DNA from: Felis catus
Lineage: Eukaryota
NCBI RefSeq assembly: GCF_018350175.1
Contig: NC_058368.1
Span: 151,902,001 to 151,966,000 of the forward strand
Length of the DNA stretch: 64,000 bases
Reading direction: 5' to 3'
Shown: piece by piece, positions 48,346-62,125 of the stretch
Layout of the letters: every line of letters starts with the position of its first letter
Numbering within the stretch: the first letter of the stretch is position 1
Translations under genes and position numbers: made by a program
The notes under the pieces: generated by a model
Database searches by the model: none
Told to the model about the DNA's origin: nothing
The model's input: only the letters and a program-made list of their open reading frames with translations

Positions 48346-51300
48346 TTAGATTATAATTTCCTTGAGGAAAGGTCTTACACCAGGTATTTTTAAGTTGTCC
48401 CTCACCCTTTGTTATACCACTTGCTACTCTTTGAATACTAAATGAATATTTTAACAGCTCATGTTGGTTAGAACTCTAAGCTCAGTATGACCACCCATTT
48501 CTCATGTGACCAGTGAGACAATCAGCAAACATTACAAAAATGCTATTTGTATATATCTTAAAAAGTGATTGCCAATAAAATGGCAAAATGTTAGTCTTTT
48601 GGGTTTCATGAAAACTACTCCATTTAGTCAAGCTATTTTCTGTAAGTTCAAAAGCTATTAAAAATAAGTTATTATAAATAAGCACATTTGATAGTTCTCA
48701 GACTTCCTCTGATAACATAATCCTCAGAAATCATGGTATCCTATGTCAAAGTCCACAAAATAACAATCAGTTCCATCTCACTCACAGTAATTCAGCATAA
48801 ATGTTGGTGTATGCTGTTTGACATTTTACTTTGCTTATTAGTTTTAAGTTTAAATTAAATTCATAGAACGCAGGGTAACAACCAAGAGCTCTTGGGTCCA
48901 TTCATCAAGAGCTGGGATTTAAGCAGGCACTGGAGTGTTTGTATGTACATTCCTCCTTTACCTGTTCATTCATCTTGCTCACTAGAATATGAGTAATGCT
49001 AGACACCAAATATTAAAATATAATCCTGAGATTAATCCCCCCTGAAAATGGGGGGAATACAAGATAACAATTTGGTTATTTTCCTGGAAATTGGAAGAAA
49101 ACCACTTTGCCTGATTCGGGTAATAAAGTACAACGTGCAGCCCAGAGTACAACAATTTTGAAGCTCAAAGTTTGTAAACCCCTGCATTAGAAATTAAGGT
49201 AAATCGACATTGTCCCTCTAGCTTGTCCTTTATTTAAAAATAATTAAAAAATAATTAATATGTCAACTTGTTCATTTTTTCATTTACCTCTCCTATCTTT
49301 CTAAGAGTGCAACCCACGCAAATTTTACAGGAACACAATTCTTTAAGAACACATCCTTTCTTAACAAGGGGAATGTAGGTCTAGGGGTTACAGGAAAAGC
49401 CGAAGTTATCACAAGAATATGAAGGTCGTGGCCCTCTACTATTTGCAGTTACAACAGCTACAGTTGGGTGTGAAATTTTCATGTTTGCTGCATATTAAAT
49501 ATAGAAATCAATCCAAGCCCATAGATAGAATCCAGGGAAGATAATAATTGTGAAGCTAAAGGCTTCACATATTTACAACTATCTATCTATCTAAAGAGAA
49601 GTGGAATGGAAGACAAGTCAACAAGAATATTTTCTTATCAGCCATAAAATGTTTGCATAAACATTCCATTGCTATTCTGACGGTGACAGAAGGAAAATTG
49701 GAGAACTAACAATTATGATGCAACTAGAGGAACAAATTTAGCTTTCCCTCCTTTTATAAAACATCCCTCATTCATTTTATCCATCAGTTCTAGGAAAGCT
49801 TCCTTCTCAGAGCATTTGTTCTCAGCCTGGTGAAGCTATACAGGTGGTGCTGCCTCAGCAGGAAACCATCTTCTTGCTGAGGGACCGCCAATTATTTGTA
49901 GTGAAACTAAAACAGAAGAATAAATATTACATGTTGATGGATGCTTGTCAGGAAAGGGAGTGAGATGCTTTCAATGGGGCTTGTCAGACACAAAAACCTT
50001 CAGCAAATCTGCATTTTCAATGGCAAAGTGGCTACAATTCTCCAGCTGCTCCACTGGTGAACCTCAAGATTCATCTCATAAATTTAAATTATAGATGACA
50101 TAGCACTGGAATGGAAATAGATGACACCTTTAAAAATAAATCTAGTGCAACATTTGGGAAAAGGAATCACACATTTAAAAGGGAAAAAAAGAAAGTTCCA
50201 ATGTGCCAAAACAGAGCTTTTATTTATTGTCCTATTTACTATTCTCTGTCCAAAATTAGCATCTCTCTTACTTTCCCTTTTAGTCCCCTTTATAAAACAT
50301 GCTGTGGAGGAGCCCTGGAAGTTTTGTGCAACTCAAGGAGTAAGCTGGGTTGCAACTATAACAAAAAGCTTGCCAAGGTTGAGAGCCAAACTGGCAAGGT
50401 TTTCTGTTGTGTCAGCGTTTAAGTATTATTGCGATGTTATCGTATCACTGAAGGAAAGGGGGCATGGAAACAGCCAGAGCCAAATGCTAAGGAACATTTG
50501 AAGGAAAGTGTGTACCTAGCTTCAATTGGGTTTGGCAGTATTGGTCAGGGCTTAACTTTAATAGGAACCAGTCAATTCAACTTTAATTCAATCATATAAA
50601 ATTGTGCCTTTTAAATTGTTTCCAAGAGATCTTGGTTCCAACAGTCTTTCTGAATCAGATAGTAATAAAGAATAATAAAGCATATAGGTCTGAAAACATC
50701 CAACATCAGATGAAGACTTGCTTGCATTATAAGGAAATTCTACTGGCCAGAGTAGGGAGAATAATTTTCCCTTGAAGGGAAATTTCAGAGCGATAAATTT
50801 GAAAAAATTTTTCACCTTTTATGTATTCATTCACATGGCCAGGTAAAAGTCAATGAAAATTTGGACATTTGTCATGAGAAACCACAAAAGAATTCGTGAT
50901 TTGAGCAGACTGTACCAATACCAACAGAATGAACTGAGAAAAAACAAAGATGAAAGCAACAGCTAGAACCAAAACCAATGCCTCAACCTATCATTAACAT
51001 TAATATGTTTACCAAGGGGAGAAATGTATACCAACATTTAATCATCCCATGCAAGATATTATGAAAGATGGGCTTCACTAGATTACCAATCTTTTTTTTT
51101 TACCCCAACCAAGTAAAATCCAGAGGAGTAGGGCCCAGAAACATGAGGTCTTCCAGAAATCACCTTTCCCACCACTATTAATGGTTTCTATTCTCAGATC
51201 AATCATGAAAATACACATAAACAATGCAGAGGATTTATGTGCAAAGACTGAAGTGGTGAGTTTAATAGCTTTACCCATGTTCACTATTTGTCTCACTTGC

Positions 51301-53279
51301 TTTCCAATTCCCTGTAGTTATAAAGAGTCAAATATATTCTCACCCAGTGATCAGTGTTGGTTTTCAAGTGACACTCTGCATGTGGAGCTCAGAAAAACCA
51401 AACACCTACAGGAATGTGTTGAAGAAACCGGATAGCAAGGCCGCCAAGTGACTCCGTCTCTGCTTCCATTCCCTGGGGTTTATCAACTTTGTTAATGGGG
51501 CATATGTGCTGAGAATTATGTAACATTAAACATGGGGAACATTTCCTGGAAATATATTTTACTCTTCCTCAAAGCCGGTGCATTGATAGGTGTAGTGTCC
51601 AGGTAAAACACCACCCTCTAGTGTACATCTCTACATAATGCTTTTGTGACTCCTCCTATGATAATGATAATCAAGAATATTAAAATAATATTAAAATGAA
51701 GGTCTTTTCCTATTCATATCCATAGGGCAATACATGCAAGGACAATGAGTGATATAGAAGTAGTTAATGTGGTCAAAATAACTTGCTTTTCACTCAAAAT
51801 ATAGCCAACAGTTAACTCGATGAGAAGGATCCAACAAAAGGCATCAATCTCCCAAGTATTTAGAGAGTATTCCACATGGGGCAGATGTTGTTCCACAGCA
51901 CAACAAAAATGATAACCACTTCAACTACAAAACGAAAGAAAAGTATTCCAAGAGGTAAAAATTCTCCACGAAATCACTATGATGCCTGTTCTTTGGGAAA
52001 AGAACACATATTTATGGGATCAGGGTAGCATTCAGTTACCTAAAGAAAACATATTAACATAAAAATGTTTCACGGAAATCTTCAAAATAATTGACAAAAT
52101 GTGAATTCTCCTAGTTCATAAGGAAAAAATTTAACTTACATAAGTCTAGATGGGAAGCCTTTTTGATATTATATGCTATGATTCCCTGTGATAGATCAAT
52201 TAAAAATATATTACAATTCTCTGGCATAGAAGATTGTTGGAAAATCCTGTAAGGACATCTGACATTGCTCTCTTCTCTCCTACTCAGAGCTCAAAGAAAT
52301 TGAACTCTTTTGTTGAAAATATCTATGGGTTCTTTCTATACTGGCGAATATCTCGGGAAACTTTTTTCTTAATCATATCTGACCTGAACTATTGAAAGCA
52401 GATTTGGTCTGGTGCATAAAAATGTGAAGCATTTGAGTGTTAAAAATTCTCCCACAGGAAATCAAACTTATCAAATTCACACACATTTTTCCAAATAACA
52501 TCTTCAAAAGGCCTTGTTGAAATTTTCTCATCGGTATTTTCTGATGGAATCAGGGAACACCTAGTATCTCCATCTAACAAAAACATCATTGCTCATCAAT
52601 ATCATCTTTTAGCTATCAGCAAATATTTAGGTTTTTGCTACCCACAAATCTTTTCTCACATATGCACAACTGGATCTAACTGCCTCAAAGCATTTTTGGA
52701 AGTAGTTGGAATTTAACTAAAAACCCATATACTTATTTATGTGCACATTCTGCCCAAGTTCTGTGCCTGTTTAGTGAACATCAGCTGAACTCAGTGTGCT
52801 CAGGTAGAAAAAATCCCCCCCGCCCTGGCCCCACCAAAATAAAGTGAACTTGCTCTAGATTATTATCTTCTTTTCTAACTAGAGAGAAATACAATTAATA
52901 AGCACACTGGGAATAAGCAGACACAAATCCTCACCTTAGCTCTGATTCTAAATAGGTGTGTGAGTTGAAAAAAGTAACTTTACTTCACAAACCTCAGATT
53001 CCCAATTCATATAGTGTGTGGGTAGAAGTGAATGACAGCAAAAGCCCCTCCAAATCCTAACAATCCATGAATTATAAGGCTTAATAGTTTGGCTCCCTAA
53101 TTACTACTCAAAATCTAAGGTTACATTATTTTTGAAAATTTTTAATTAATATTGGCTATGATCAATACCAAATAAATAAAACATCTAAAAGAAAACATAC
53201 AAACAATTACATCTAGTGGTGATGCCTCCTTCTGTTGGGCTGATGCTGGGTACCTTATCAGGACAAGATCTAGAATGAT

Positions 53280-53470
53280 GCTGTCTAGATTAGAATCCCA
53301 GCTCTACTATCACTGGCTACATGACCCGAATTCTTCAACCTCTCTGTGCCTTAGATTTATTACCAGTAACAGAGGCATAAAATAGCATCTCCTTTACTAT
53401 GCAAGGTTGTTTTGAGTATCAAAAATATTTGACATATAAAGCTTTTTTCACAGAGTTCACATAGATCAAG
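53280..53470 (+). mobile_element. MIR
   Basis: gaatcccagctctactatcactggctacatgacc...caacctctctgtgccttag...ggttgttttgag. Confidence 0.75.
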
Positions 53471-55321
53471 AAACCAACAATTTTTGTATTATTACTACCA
53501 CTCTAACAAAGAAGAGAGCAAACAATTTTCATTTTTTAACAGAATATTTAAGGGAAAACTGATTTTTAAATCTACATCAAATGGTTAATAATTTTTAATT
53601 ATATCTCTCAGGTTAGAAATACAGGTCATATCTGGCCAACACTCCAGTTGGTACTATGAAAAGAGAGCATTTTTGACTCATGGGCAAGTTTCAAGGAGAC
53701 ATAGGTAAGCCTTCAAGAATGGATAATGGATAATAAATTAGGTATGATGACATTTGTTATAAATGCATCACTGTATTCTGAACAACACATCTATAAGAAT
53801 AATTCTGAACAGTAGCCACACAAGTATCTATTGCTGCACATACCCAATGCAAGGTGGCAAGAAAGACACATTTTAACTGTGTTGAACATAGCAATCTACC
53901 AGAGGAAAACTGTATTATTTAGTTAATTCAACAATATAGCTTGACAGGTTCTTTAAAAATAAACAAAACCGTACATTCTGAAATTTATCAAGTGACTTGT
54001 TTTTCAAATAAACATCTATGCTGTGTCTTGATGTTTTTGAAACCTTGAAATTTATGTTAAGTTATAAATTTGCTAGGAAAATGGGAACTTGGATTCTTCC
54101 AAATGAAAGCCTCTTGGAGTTAATAATTCTGACAGCAGTTTCACAAATTCTCTCCTAACTTCAAGTCTGAACGTCAGAGCTGCAGACTATGAAGACTGAT
54201 AAAAGGAGAAGTTCTGCTGATGTTTTCTCTTCTATTGCTTTTTCTTATAAAGGTTTTTGTTCCAGCTAAATACAGCACATCACACTGTCTCTAGTTGGCA
54301 CTGGCTGAGAAAAAAAATGAATTTACAGAATTCAGAAAGACTAATAAAATATGGCCTGAACATATCAGCTTCTGAACATCTATATCTTATATTTCGCAGT
54401 ATTCATAAAATTAAGTGGGCTTTGAGTAGACAGCATTATCAAAGGGTGCAAAAACACCCTGAAACTAAATTCATATTTTGAGAACTCTGACAAAAACGAG
54501 GAACTGAGGCCAAACTGACACTACTTAGCAATCAACAAGAGTTGTCCACGTATTCAATGGCTCTACTGGGCACATTTAGCACAATTGATCAGACTAACTT
54601 TGAGAAGGATCATAAGGATATAAAGACTCCTCCAAAGCAGTAGGAAAATGAATAGCTGAATGGGGAAAATTGTGCCACACATCTTCTTGTCCTATTACTG
54701 TTAACGCCAGCAGTCACAATCAGTAGTTTATTGTATAGGGCAATCTTGTTGATTAGAAACTGGATTCAAGTTCATCAAAATGGAATGGCATGTAACTCAT
54801 CCCTTCTATTCCTACAGAAATAACTTATGCATCTTTATAGACATTTTTATTTGTAGCACTATACTATGTCATAAGAATTGGCTTTGGAAATGTACATAGT
54901 GCCTTGTCAATCATTTCTGCCATTCATATCTTCAAGGAACTAGAAAACAAGTCAATAAATAATAATTACAATAATATTTCACTTTGACAAGACATTTCTA
55001 TGCTCTTTTTTTTTATAGTTTTAAAACATTTGCCTTGAAGTTCATTTGGTTGGTGGTATTATTTGGACTATCTTTTTTTCAGGGTGTAGGTAATTTGCTA
55101 AAGGCCCTTATATAGAATTATTAATTTAATGATCTAAAAGAAACAACCCTAAAGGAGGAGGGTCATGTGATCAAAACTACCCAGAAGGTTCCTAAGTGTG
55201 AAAACAATGCAAAGCCAAGAGGTTTAAAGTTCTTTGTCAGCCACTAACTCCTTTCCCTGACATGTAACATCAGCTCATTACCTCCAGTCCTGACCCAAAC
55301 AAGAGAAGATAAACAAATTTA

Positions 55322-55334
55322 GTTGCTTAGCAAC
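55322..55334. promoter_or_regulatory. Candidate RFX X-box
   Basis: GTTGCTTAGCAAC, a near-palindromic match to the RFX motif in apparently unique sequence. Function unproven. Confidence 0.4.
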
Positions 55335-57310
55335 AGGATTGCTGAGCAAAGGAGTAGAATTTGCTTTAATGCTGCTTCTTGGGCTGATCATTTAAAGGTC
55401 CTTAAAGATCATGCAACCTTTAAAATCAGTAACTCTCCATAGTACTAACTTAGATAAACGATAATGTTGATAATCAAATACTGAATACAAAGTCATTCAA
55501 TAGCAACATTATAATAGTCATTAATTAATATTTACTGACATATGACTGTTAGGTACTGTTATAAGTGCTTTGTACATGTTAACTTCTAATGTGGAAAATG
55601 AAGAAGAGAGGAAATTATATATTGTAAATATAATGAATATATGTATATATATTCAAGAAGAGACGGACAATACATAAGAAAATATATATCTATTAAAAAA
55701 CAGAAAATGGTTATCAGGTTAATCCATAAGGCAAAGACATCAAGTGTATACCTCTGTTTAAAAATAGATATATGAATGTTTTATTTACATAAGCTTTCCT
55801 TTCAAAGATCTTAAAACACTCAATTTCACTTTCTCTTCCAAGTTGAGAGTTGAATACAGTACAAATATGTTTTCCCTTGTATAAAAAAAGTAAAAAAAAA
55901 AGCTTATCATAAAGTCATTGCCTCTTCTTAAAGCAGAAAGATTAGTCCTATGATTAGCTCATGAGCTTTATTTTAATATTCCTTTGTATTTACTACACCT
56001 ACAAAGCAGATATCATGTGTGTGAGTGGAGCCTGCATGCGCAATCTCACCTAGACACAAGGTAACGTCACATCAACATGTAAAACTGTTTTAAAATCTAT
56101 TTGCTAAATAATGACCTTTGCCAACTCAATTACATTTTATAACCACCAATTACTTGGATCTAAGGGTGTTGATGACTAAGTTTCAGAGAGAAAGGACAAG
56201 GAACACAGCATCCTCATTTTCCTCCTCACAGAGACACACTGCAGCAACAGAGCACTGAAGACATTCCAAAAAAAAAAAAAGGAACCCAGATATATCAAAA
56301 TTTAGCATTTTCTAGGTATAATGTTAATGCCAATTTACTTGTTTTGAAGTATGAAATGACTCTATAGTTGCTAGAACTACAAACTTCATTTAAAACTTCC
56401 TTAAGTCAGTCCAGTTGGTTGTCCCACTAAAGGCAGCGTGTCCTGTGGTCTTTCGGATCCTGCAGATTTACTTTGGGGAAAAAAAAGTTCACAGTCAGAA
56501 CAATAGTTCCAGACGCCACAGATGGAAATTTAAATGTGGTGTGATACTGCACGTCAGGAGCCAGCTAAGGTAACTGTGTTGCAATCTGCGAGTTACTCTT
56601 GTGAAAAGATCCCTTGGCATTTTCTTAACAAGAGCAGAGTGTTAGTGCCAGTGTTTTGGCTTACTTCCATTTTCCAGTGTTTAAGCTCCAACCACCAATA
56701 CTCTTCATACATTTCAAATCTTAAATGATTTTAGGGTTATATAATTCACATTAATATTTTCCTCATACACTTCAGTGATATGGCAACACAGACCATATTA
56801 GGTGTTTATGAGATTCCTCAGGCAAAACTATGTTCTACCCTTGAGCTACGTACGGTAAGAGCATTATTATGTCTTTTTTTACCAAGATTCTGATTGTATT
56901 TTCTCACATTATCCAGTGTTTAATCAAGTTAAATGCTTTTATGAAATGGGACCAATTTCAAGACAAATAAATAAGAGCAAAACAGAGGAGACTAGCAGAA
57001 CACACACATAAATATAATATCTGGCCTCACACTGGAATATTTATCCTTAAAATATTTTTGCATAGGAAAATACAAGGCATATTATAGGATTTAAACATGT
57101 ATTTTAAAAATATAATTTGTTTTGTCATCAACACTTCCAATACTCTTTATTTAATAATGAAAGCTAAAATCATTGACACAGTGATTTGTTTAAATGGCAT
57201 ATTGGTTTCAAAAATAAAATGTATTGAGGCCTAAATGTGAGAGTTATTTTTTTAAATTATCTTTAAATATCTGTAAAAAAATATCTCAAGTAATTAGCAA
57301 AAGTTGATAT

Positions 57311-57975
57311 GGGACTTCCACTCTCCAAAGTGGCATGTAAGATGGGAAGTTAGCACTCTGCCCAAACAAGTAAAAAGCTGAATTGAAAAACTGACAAGTC
57401 TTCTCATAACCATGAAAGATGTGAGGTCTCAGGGAAAACCACTGCCCAGAAAACTGGAGAGAACAATAGCAAAACAGAGACTCACAACTCATCAGCAGAA
57501 ACATTTAGAGGAAAGCAGGGGGCTGGGGGGGGGGGTGCTGAATGAAAGGAAGAGAAATACTAACTGTAATTGGCTAATTACAACTCAGAGTTTAAAACTC
57601 CAAGGGGACTCAATCACAGGGGTGGTCCCACACTTCTGTGAATTTTACCTCTGGAGTTCAACCTGGTTCTCATAATGAGTATTTGAGCAAAGTTCCCTCA
57701 TGCTTCCAGCAGGGGGAGGGAAAAAGGAACCATTTTGAGATACACCACAATGTTCTGTTCTTAACAAGTTCTGCCCTCTGGAGAAACTGTTTAACCACAA
57801 TCTAACCTGCTGAGGTTCTATCACTGACCAACCGACCTGAGGGAAGGGAAATACCCAGTTCCAGCCAGTTCTAGATGGATTTTTAAAGTGGTAAAATGAC
57901 TTTATATGTATAATGATGGATAGAAGTCAATATATATATTTGCAAACCCAAAAAACATAAAGCCCCTAAAGTTGT
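57311..57975 (+). mobile_element. L1MC-like 5'UTR (~57311-57872) joined to an L1MC-like 3'UTR segment (~57873-57975)
   Basis: gggacttccac...aaaaagctgaa...gaggtctcagggaaaaccactgcccagaaaactggagag resembles the L1MC 5' end. ggattttta...tataatgatggata...atttgcaaaccca resembles the L1MC 3'UTR. Confidence 0.65.
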
Positions 57976-58071
57976 AAGGCAGTATTAGATGATTAAGAAA
58001 TGAAAAAGTGGTATAGACAAGTTTTATGAGTTAAGCTAATAAATCCCTTACAATAGAAATATAACAATTTA

Positions 58072-58282
58072 GGGGCGCCTGGGTGGCGCAGTCGGTTAAG
58101 CGTCCGACTTCAGCCAGGTCACGATCTCGCCGGCCGTGAGTTCGAGCCCCGTGTCGGGCTCTGGGCTGATGGCTCAGAGCCTGGAACCTGTTTCCGATTC
58201 TGTGTCTCCCTCTCTCTCTGCCCCTCCCCCGTTCATGCTCTGTCTCTCCCTGTCCCAAAAATAAATAAACGTTGGGAAAAAA
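58072..58282 (+). mobile_element. Young felid SINE (SINEC_Fc-type)
   Basis: ggggcgcctgggtggcgcagtcggttaagcgtccgacttcagccaggtcacgatctcg with intact A and B boxes. No clear TSD. Confidence 0.97.
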
Positions 58283-58295
58283 AAAATATTAGTTA

Positions 58296-58499
58296 GGAGC
58301 ACCTGGGTGGCTCAGTCAGTTAAGCGCCTGAGTTTGCTCAGGTCATAATCTCACAGTTAGTGTGTTCGAGCCCCGCATCAGGCTCTGTGCTGACAGCTCT
58401 GAGCCTGGAGCCTGCTTCCTATTCTGTGTCTCTGTCCCTCACCTGCTCATGCTCTGTCTCTCTCTCTCAAAAATAAATAAACATTAAAAAAATTAAAAG
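58296..58499 (+). mobile_element. CanSINE in tandem behind the previous SINE
   Basis: TSD aaaatattagtta 58283-58295 / aaaatgttagtta 58500-58512. Confidence 0.96.
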
Positions 58500-61400
58500 A
58501 AAATGTTAGTTAACTTGACATTAGGGTTGCAACGTAATATTATGTGTTAAATTACAGTCTTAACTACATTATACAGTTATTAGTAATGGTAAGCTGTATC
58601 ACATGAAATCCCACCAAAGAGGTTTTCTTTTTTTTTTTTTACTGAAATAATTTTTCAAGGTTTTCTGGCATGCCTGTGTAAAGCTACTTTCCCCCAAACC
58701 TCCGAGTAAAATCAATCGTTTCTTTTCGTAGAATAAAAACAGTCGATTCAAGTGTTTCAAAACCTGTGTAGAAGCTTCTCATTTTATTTGTTATCATTCC
58801 ATATTTTCTACCAGTATTTTGGGACAATTAGGAGCTATATTTAAGGGAATAAGGATATCTAGACTTCTGGTTATAAGAGTTTAGTACTCTAGAAGACAGA
58901 CATGATGTTATTAAATTATAATCAGGGACAAAAAGTTACACTGCAATGGCCACGGAACAGAGTGAGATTAAAGTAGATCAAGACAAAGCTTGAGGACACA
59001 GCTATATCTATGTACATATACATACATGTAATTTTAAGACAGATATTCTAGTCCTTTGGTATGAAGAACCACTAGTAAAATTATAAATTAAAAACCTGTG
59101 TATATTTCTTTTATAAAGGAAAATATCAAACAGCCTTTTGAAGACTCTCTGCCATAATGAAAGCTATCAACATAGAAAAAGGTTGACAGTCTTTTTATAA
59201 AAATGCCAGATTTGGTAAATTGTATTATAGTTTTGAAAATCAGACTAACATTAAAAACTACAAAGCAATCTTAAGTTCAAATCAACAATTAGTATTGATA
59301 AGCTGAGTATTATCAAATCATATTTTGTCTTATTTCTAACTTATTATCTTTACTAAACACACTGCCACGGCCCTCAGCTGTGACAGACATATTACACATG
59401 AGCAAAATGGGAAGCTACAGAGTAGATTAAATAAAACTCATTTAAAAAGGGGAGCAAGCAGAGATAAAGATGAAAGTTAAGGTGGCTATAAAATCATCAG
59501 ATTTAGGTTGGCTTCAACTTTTTCAGTATTTTCATTTTTTAGAGACAAAAAAATATACATTGCAAAGTGAATGGCATACTTTTGAAAATAGAGAAGCATT
59601 GTTTCACAACCAGTTCCAAAGAAGTGGAGCGGGATAAATTTAAGAGGCAAAACAATCACATTTTAAAAGCCACAAGTACCCTGGGTCTATTCCTTATTAA
59701 TGGACTGAAACTTCCTCTAGAAGAAGAGAAAGGAGGGGGGCAAACAAGAGGTCTAAAATAGGCATTTTCAGAATATTACTGTAAAGACAGAGAATGCTAC
59801 AATTTAACCACTGAGCTGAAATGTGAAATCCTTAAAGTGCATTTTTAGGCTGCTGATCCTGACCTCCTACAGACCAATTAGAGCTAAATAATTGTTGTTG
59901 GTATGACAACCTCAGGGAGAAACAAAAGACTTCACTTTCTTTAAGCAAAGCCACAAAGTTGTTCTTTAGAGTAGCAAATAAGCAGGGGTGGCTGTAAATT
60001 GTGGTAGCTTATGAGATCACATTGGACAATGACATTTTTCTTCTAATAATGTTATTAAGACCACAACGGGTCAAAGAGGGCTAACCCATAGACATCATTA
60101 ATTTGTGCATTTCGGCTGCCTTTCATCTAAAAATTGATTATCAAAAAAGCCAAATTGATTATTTCATTCATATGAATAGTCAGTAAGGCGTTTAAGCATC
60201 ATATCAAATCAAAATTTCTTATGTATAGCTTTAAGTTTTACACCTCAGTAGGAGATACATTAAAAGGTCTGACGGCCAAAGCCCTTAAGCATTTCATTAA
60301 AACACACACAGAGACACACACACATACACTTGTAAATCACTTCTGATATATGTGAAAGCAGCTATGACTGATTATATGAAAATCAAGGTATCTACAGGCT
60401 TCACCACTTTAGTACAGATATATTACTCTTCATTGTAGAGCTTTATTGAGGTATGATTGATGTACTACAAAGTCCATGTATTGATGTAAAATTTTATGAG
60501 GTCTGACACGTATATACCCAAGAAAACATTACAATGCAGGGAACATATACATTCCCACCACCACCCCAACTTTTTTGTGCCCCAGTATATTCCAGCTTTC
60601 ATTCTCTCTCCTCTATCAGCCATCTCTAGTGAACCACCTAACTTGTTTTATGTCTTTAAAGACTGCATTTTCTAGAATTTTATATAAATAGACCCAGAGA
60701 GTAAGTACTCATTTTTGTCTGGTTTCTTTCACTCAGCATAACTATTTGAGATTTATTCATTTTCACCTTTCTTTTTACTACTGAGTAGTATACTGTTTTT
60801 GAATATATCACAATTTGTTTATATATTTACCTGTTGATGGTCATTCAGATTTTCTCTTTGCCTATTACAAATAAATCTGTTATAAACATTTCTGTGCTAG
60901 TAATATACGGACATATGCTTTACCATCTCTGTTGAGTAAATATCTACAAATGGAGTGCCTATATTATATGGTGGGAATACATTTAACTTTTTAGGTTCCC
61001 AACTGTTTTCTAAAGTGGTTACTGTATCTTTTACTCCCCAAATCCATATATGAATTCAAGTCATGCCACAGCTTCACAATCCGTTGGTGTGGTAAATCTT
61101 AATTTCAACCATCCTAGTGGGTGTGTTGGTGTATCTAACCACAGCTTAATTTTGCATTTCCTAATGACTAATGATCCTGCGTACCTTTTTTGGCAAATTG
61201 TCTATGAAAATTCTTTGCCCATTTTTTAATGTTTGTTTGCTTATGTATAATTGAGTTTTTCAGGTTCATTATGTATTCTGAACACAAGTCCTTTATCAAA
61301 TGGGCGTTTTGCAGATATTCTTCCGAGTCTACAGCTTATATTTTCATTTTCTTAAAGTGCCTTTTGAAAAGCTTAAGATTTTAATTTTGCTGGTGCCTAG

Positions 61401-61905
61401 CTTTCAAACTGTTTATCTTATGGATTGTGCTTTTGTCATATGTTAGAAATATTGTTTACCCCAAGACACAAAGTGTTTCTCCTGTTCTCTATTAGTACTT
61501 TTATAGTCTTAGCTCCTTCATTTAGGTGTGCATTTCAATTAAATATCTGTACATGATATGAAGAAAAGGTCAAATTTCTTCCTTATTATGGCTAATCAAT
61601 TCTTGCAATACTACTTGTTGAAAAGGTGATCATTTCCCCCATTTTAATTGCCTTGGCATCAATATCAAAAATCAATTGACTGTACAGTGTGGATCTATTT
61701 CTGGATTCTCTGTTGTGTTCTATTAGTACTTTTGCCAATACTATACTTGACTATTAGAAATTTACACTAAATATTTTTATCAACTAGAGTAAATACTCCA
61801 ATTTTTTTTCAGTTAGAAAAGCCAAAGTCATTTTGCAATTCTAGGTCTCACATTACCAAATAAATTTAGAACCAGTCTATCAACCTCTTTGAAAAAAGCC
61901 TGCTA

Positions 61906-62125
61906 GGGGCTCCTGGGTGACTCAGTCCATTAAGCATCTGACTTCGGTTCAGCTCATGATGTCATGGTTTGTGGGTTCAAGCCCCACATCGGGCTCTGTG
62001 CTAACCGCTCACAGCCTGGAGCCTGCTTCGGATTCTGTGTCTCCCTCTCCCTCTGCCCCTCCCCTGAGCTCTCACACTCTCACGCTCTCTCTCTCTCAAA
62101 AATACATAGCATTAAAAACTTAAAA
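61906..62125 (+). mobile_element. CanSINE in L1
   Basis: TSD aaaaaagcctgcta 61892-61905 / 62126-62139. Confidence 0.96.

Noticed and set aside
50111..50501. Overlapping 103-aa and 126-aa ORFs
   Set aside because: No recognisable homology. Two open overlapping frames do not indicate coding selection.
51199..51262. Plus-strand exon-like segment (ctcag...gtg|gtgagt)
   Set aside because: Unrecognised peptide, no partner exons, compatible with chance.
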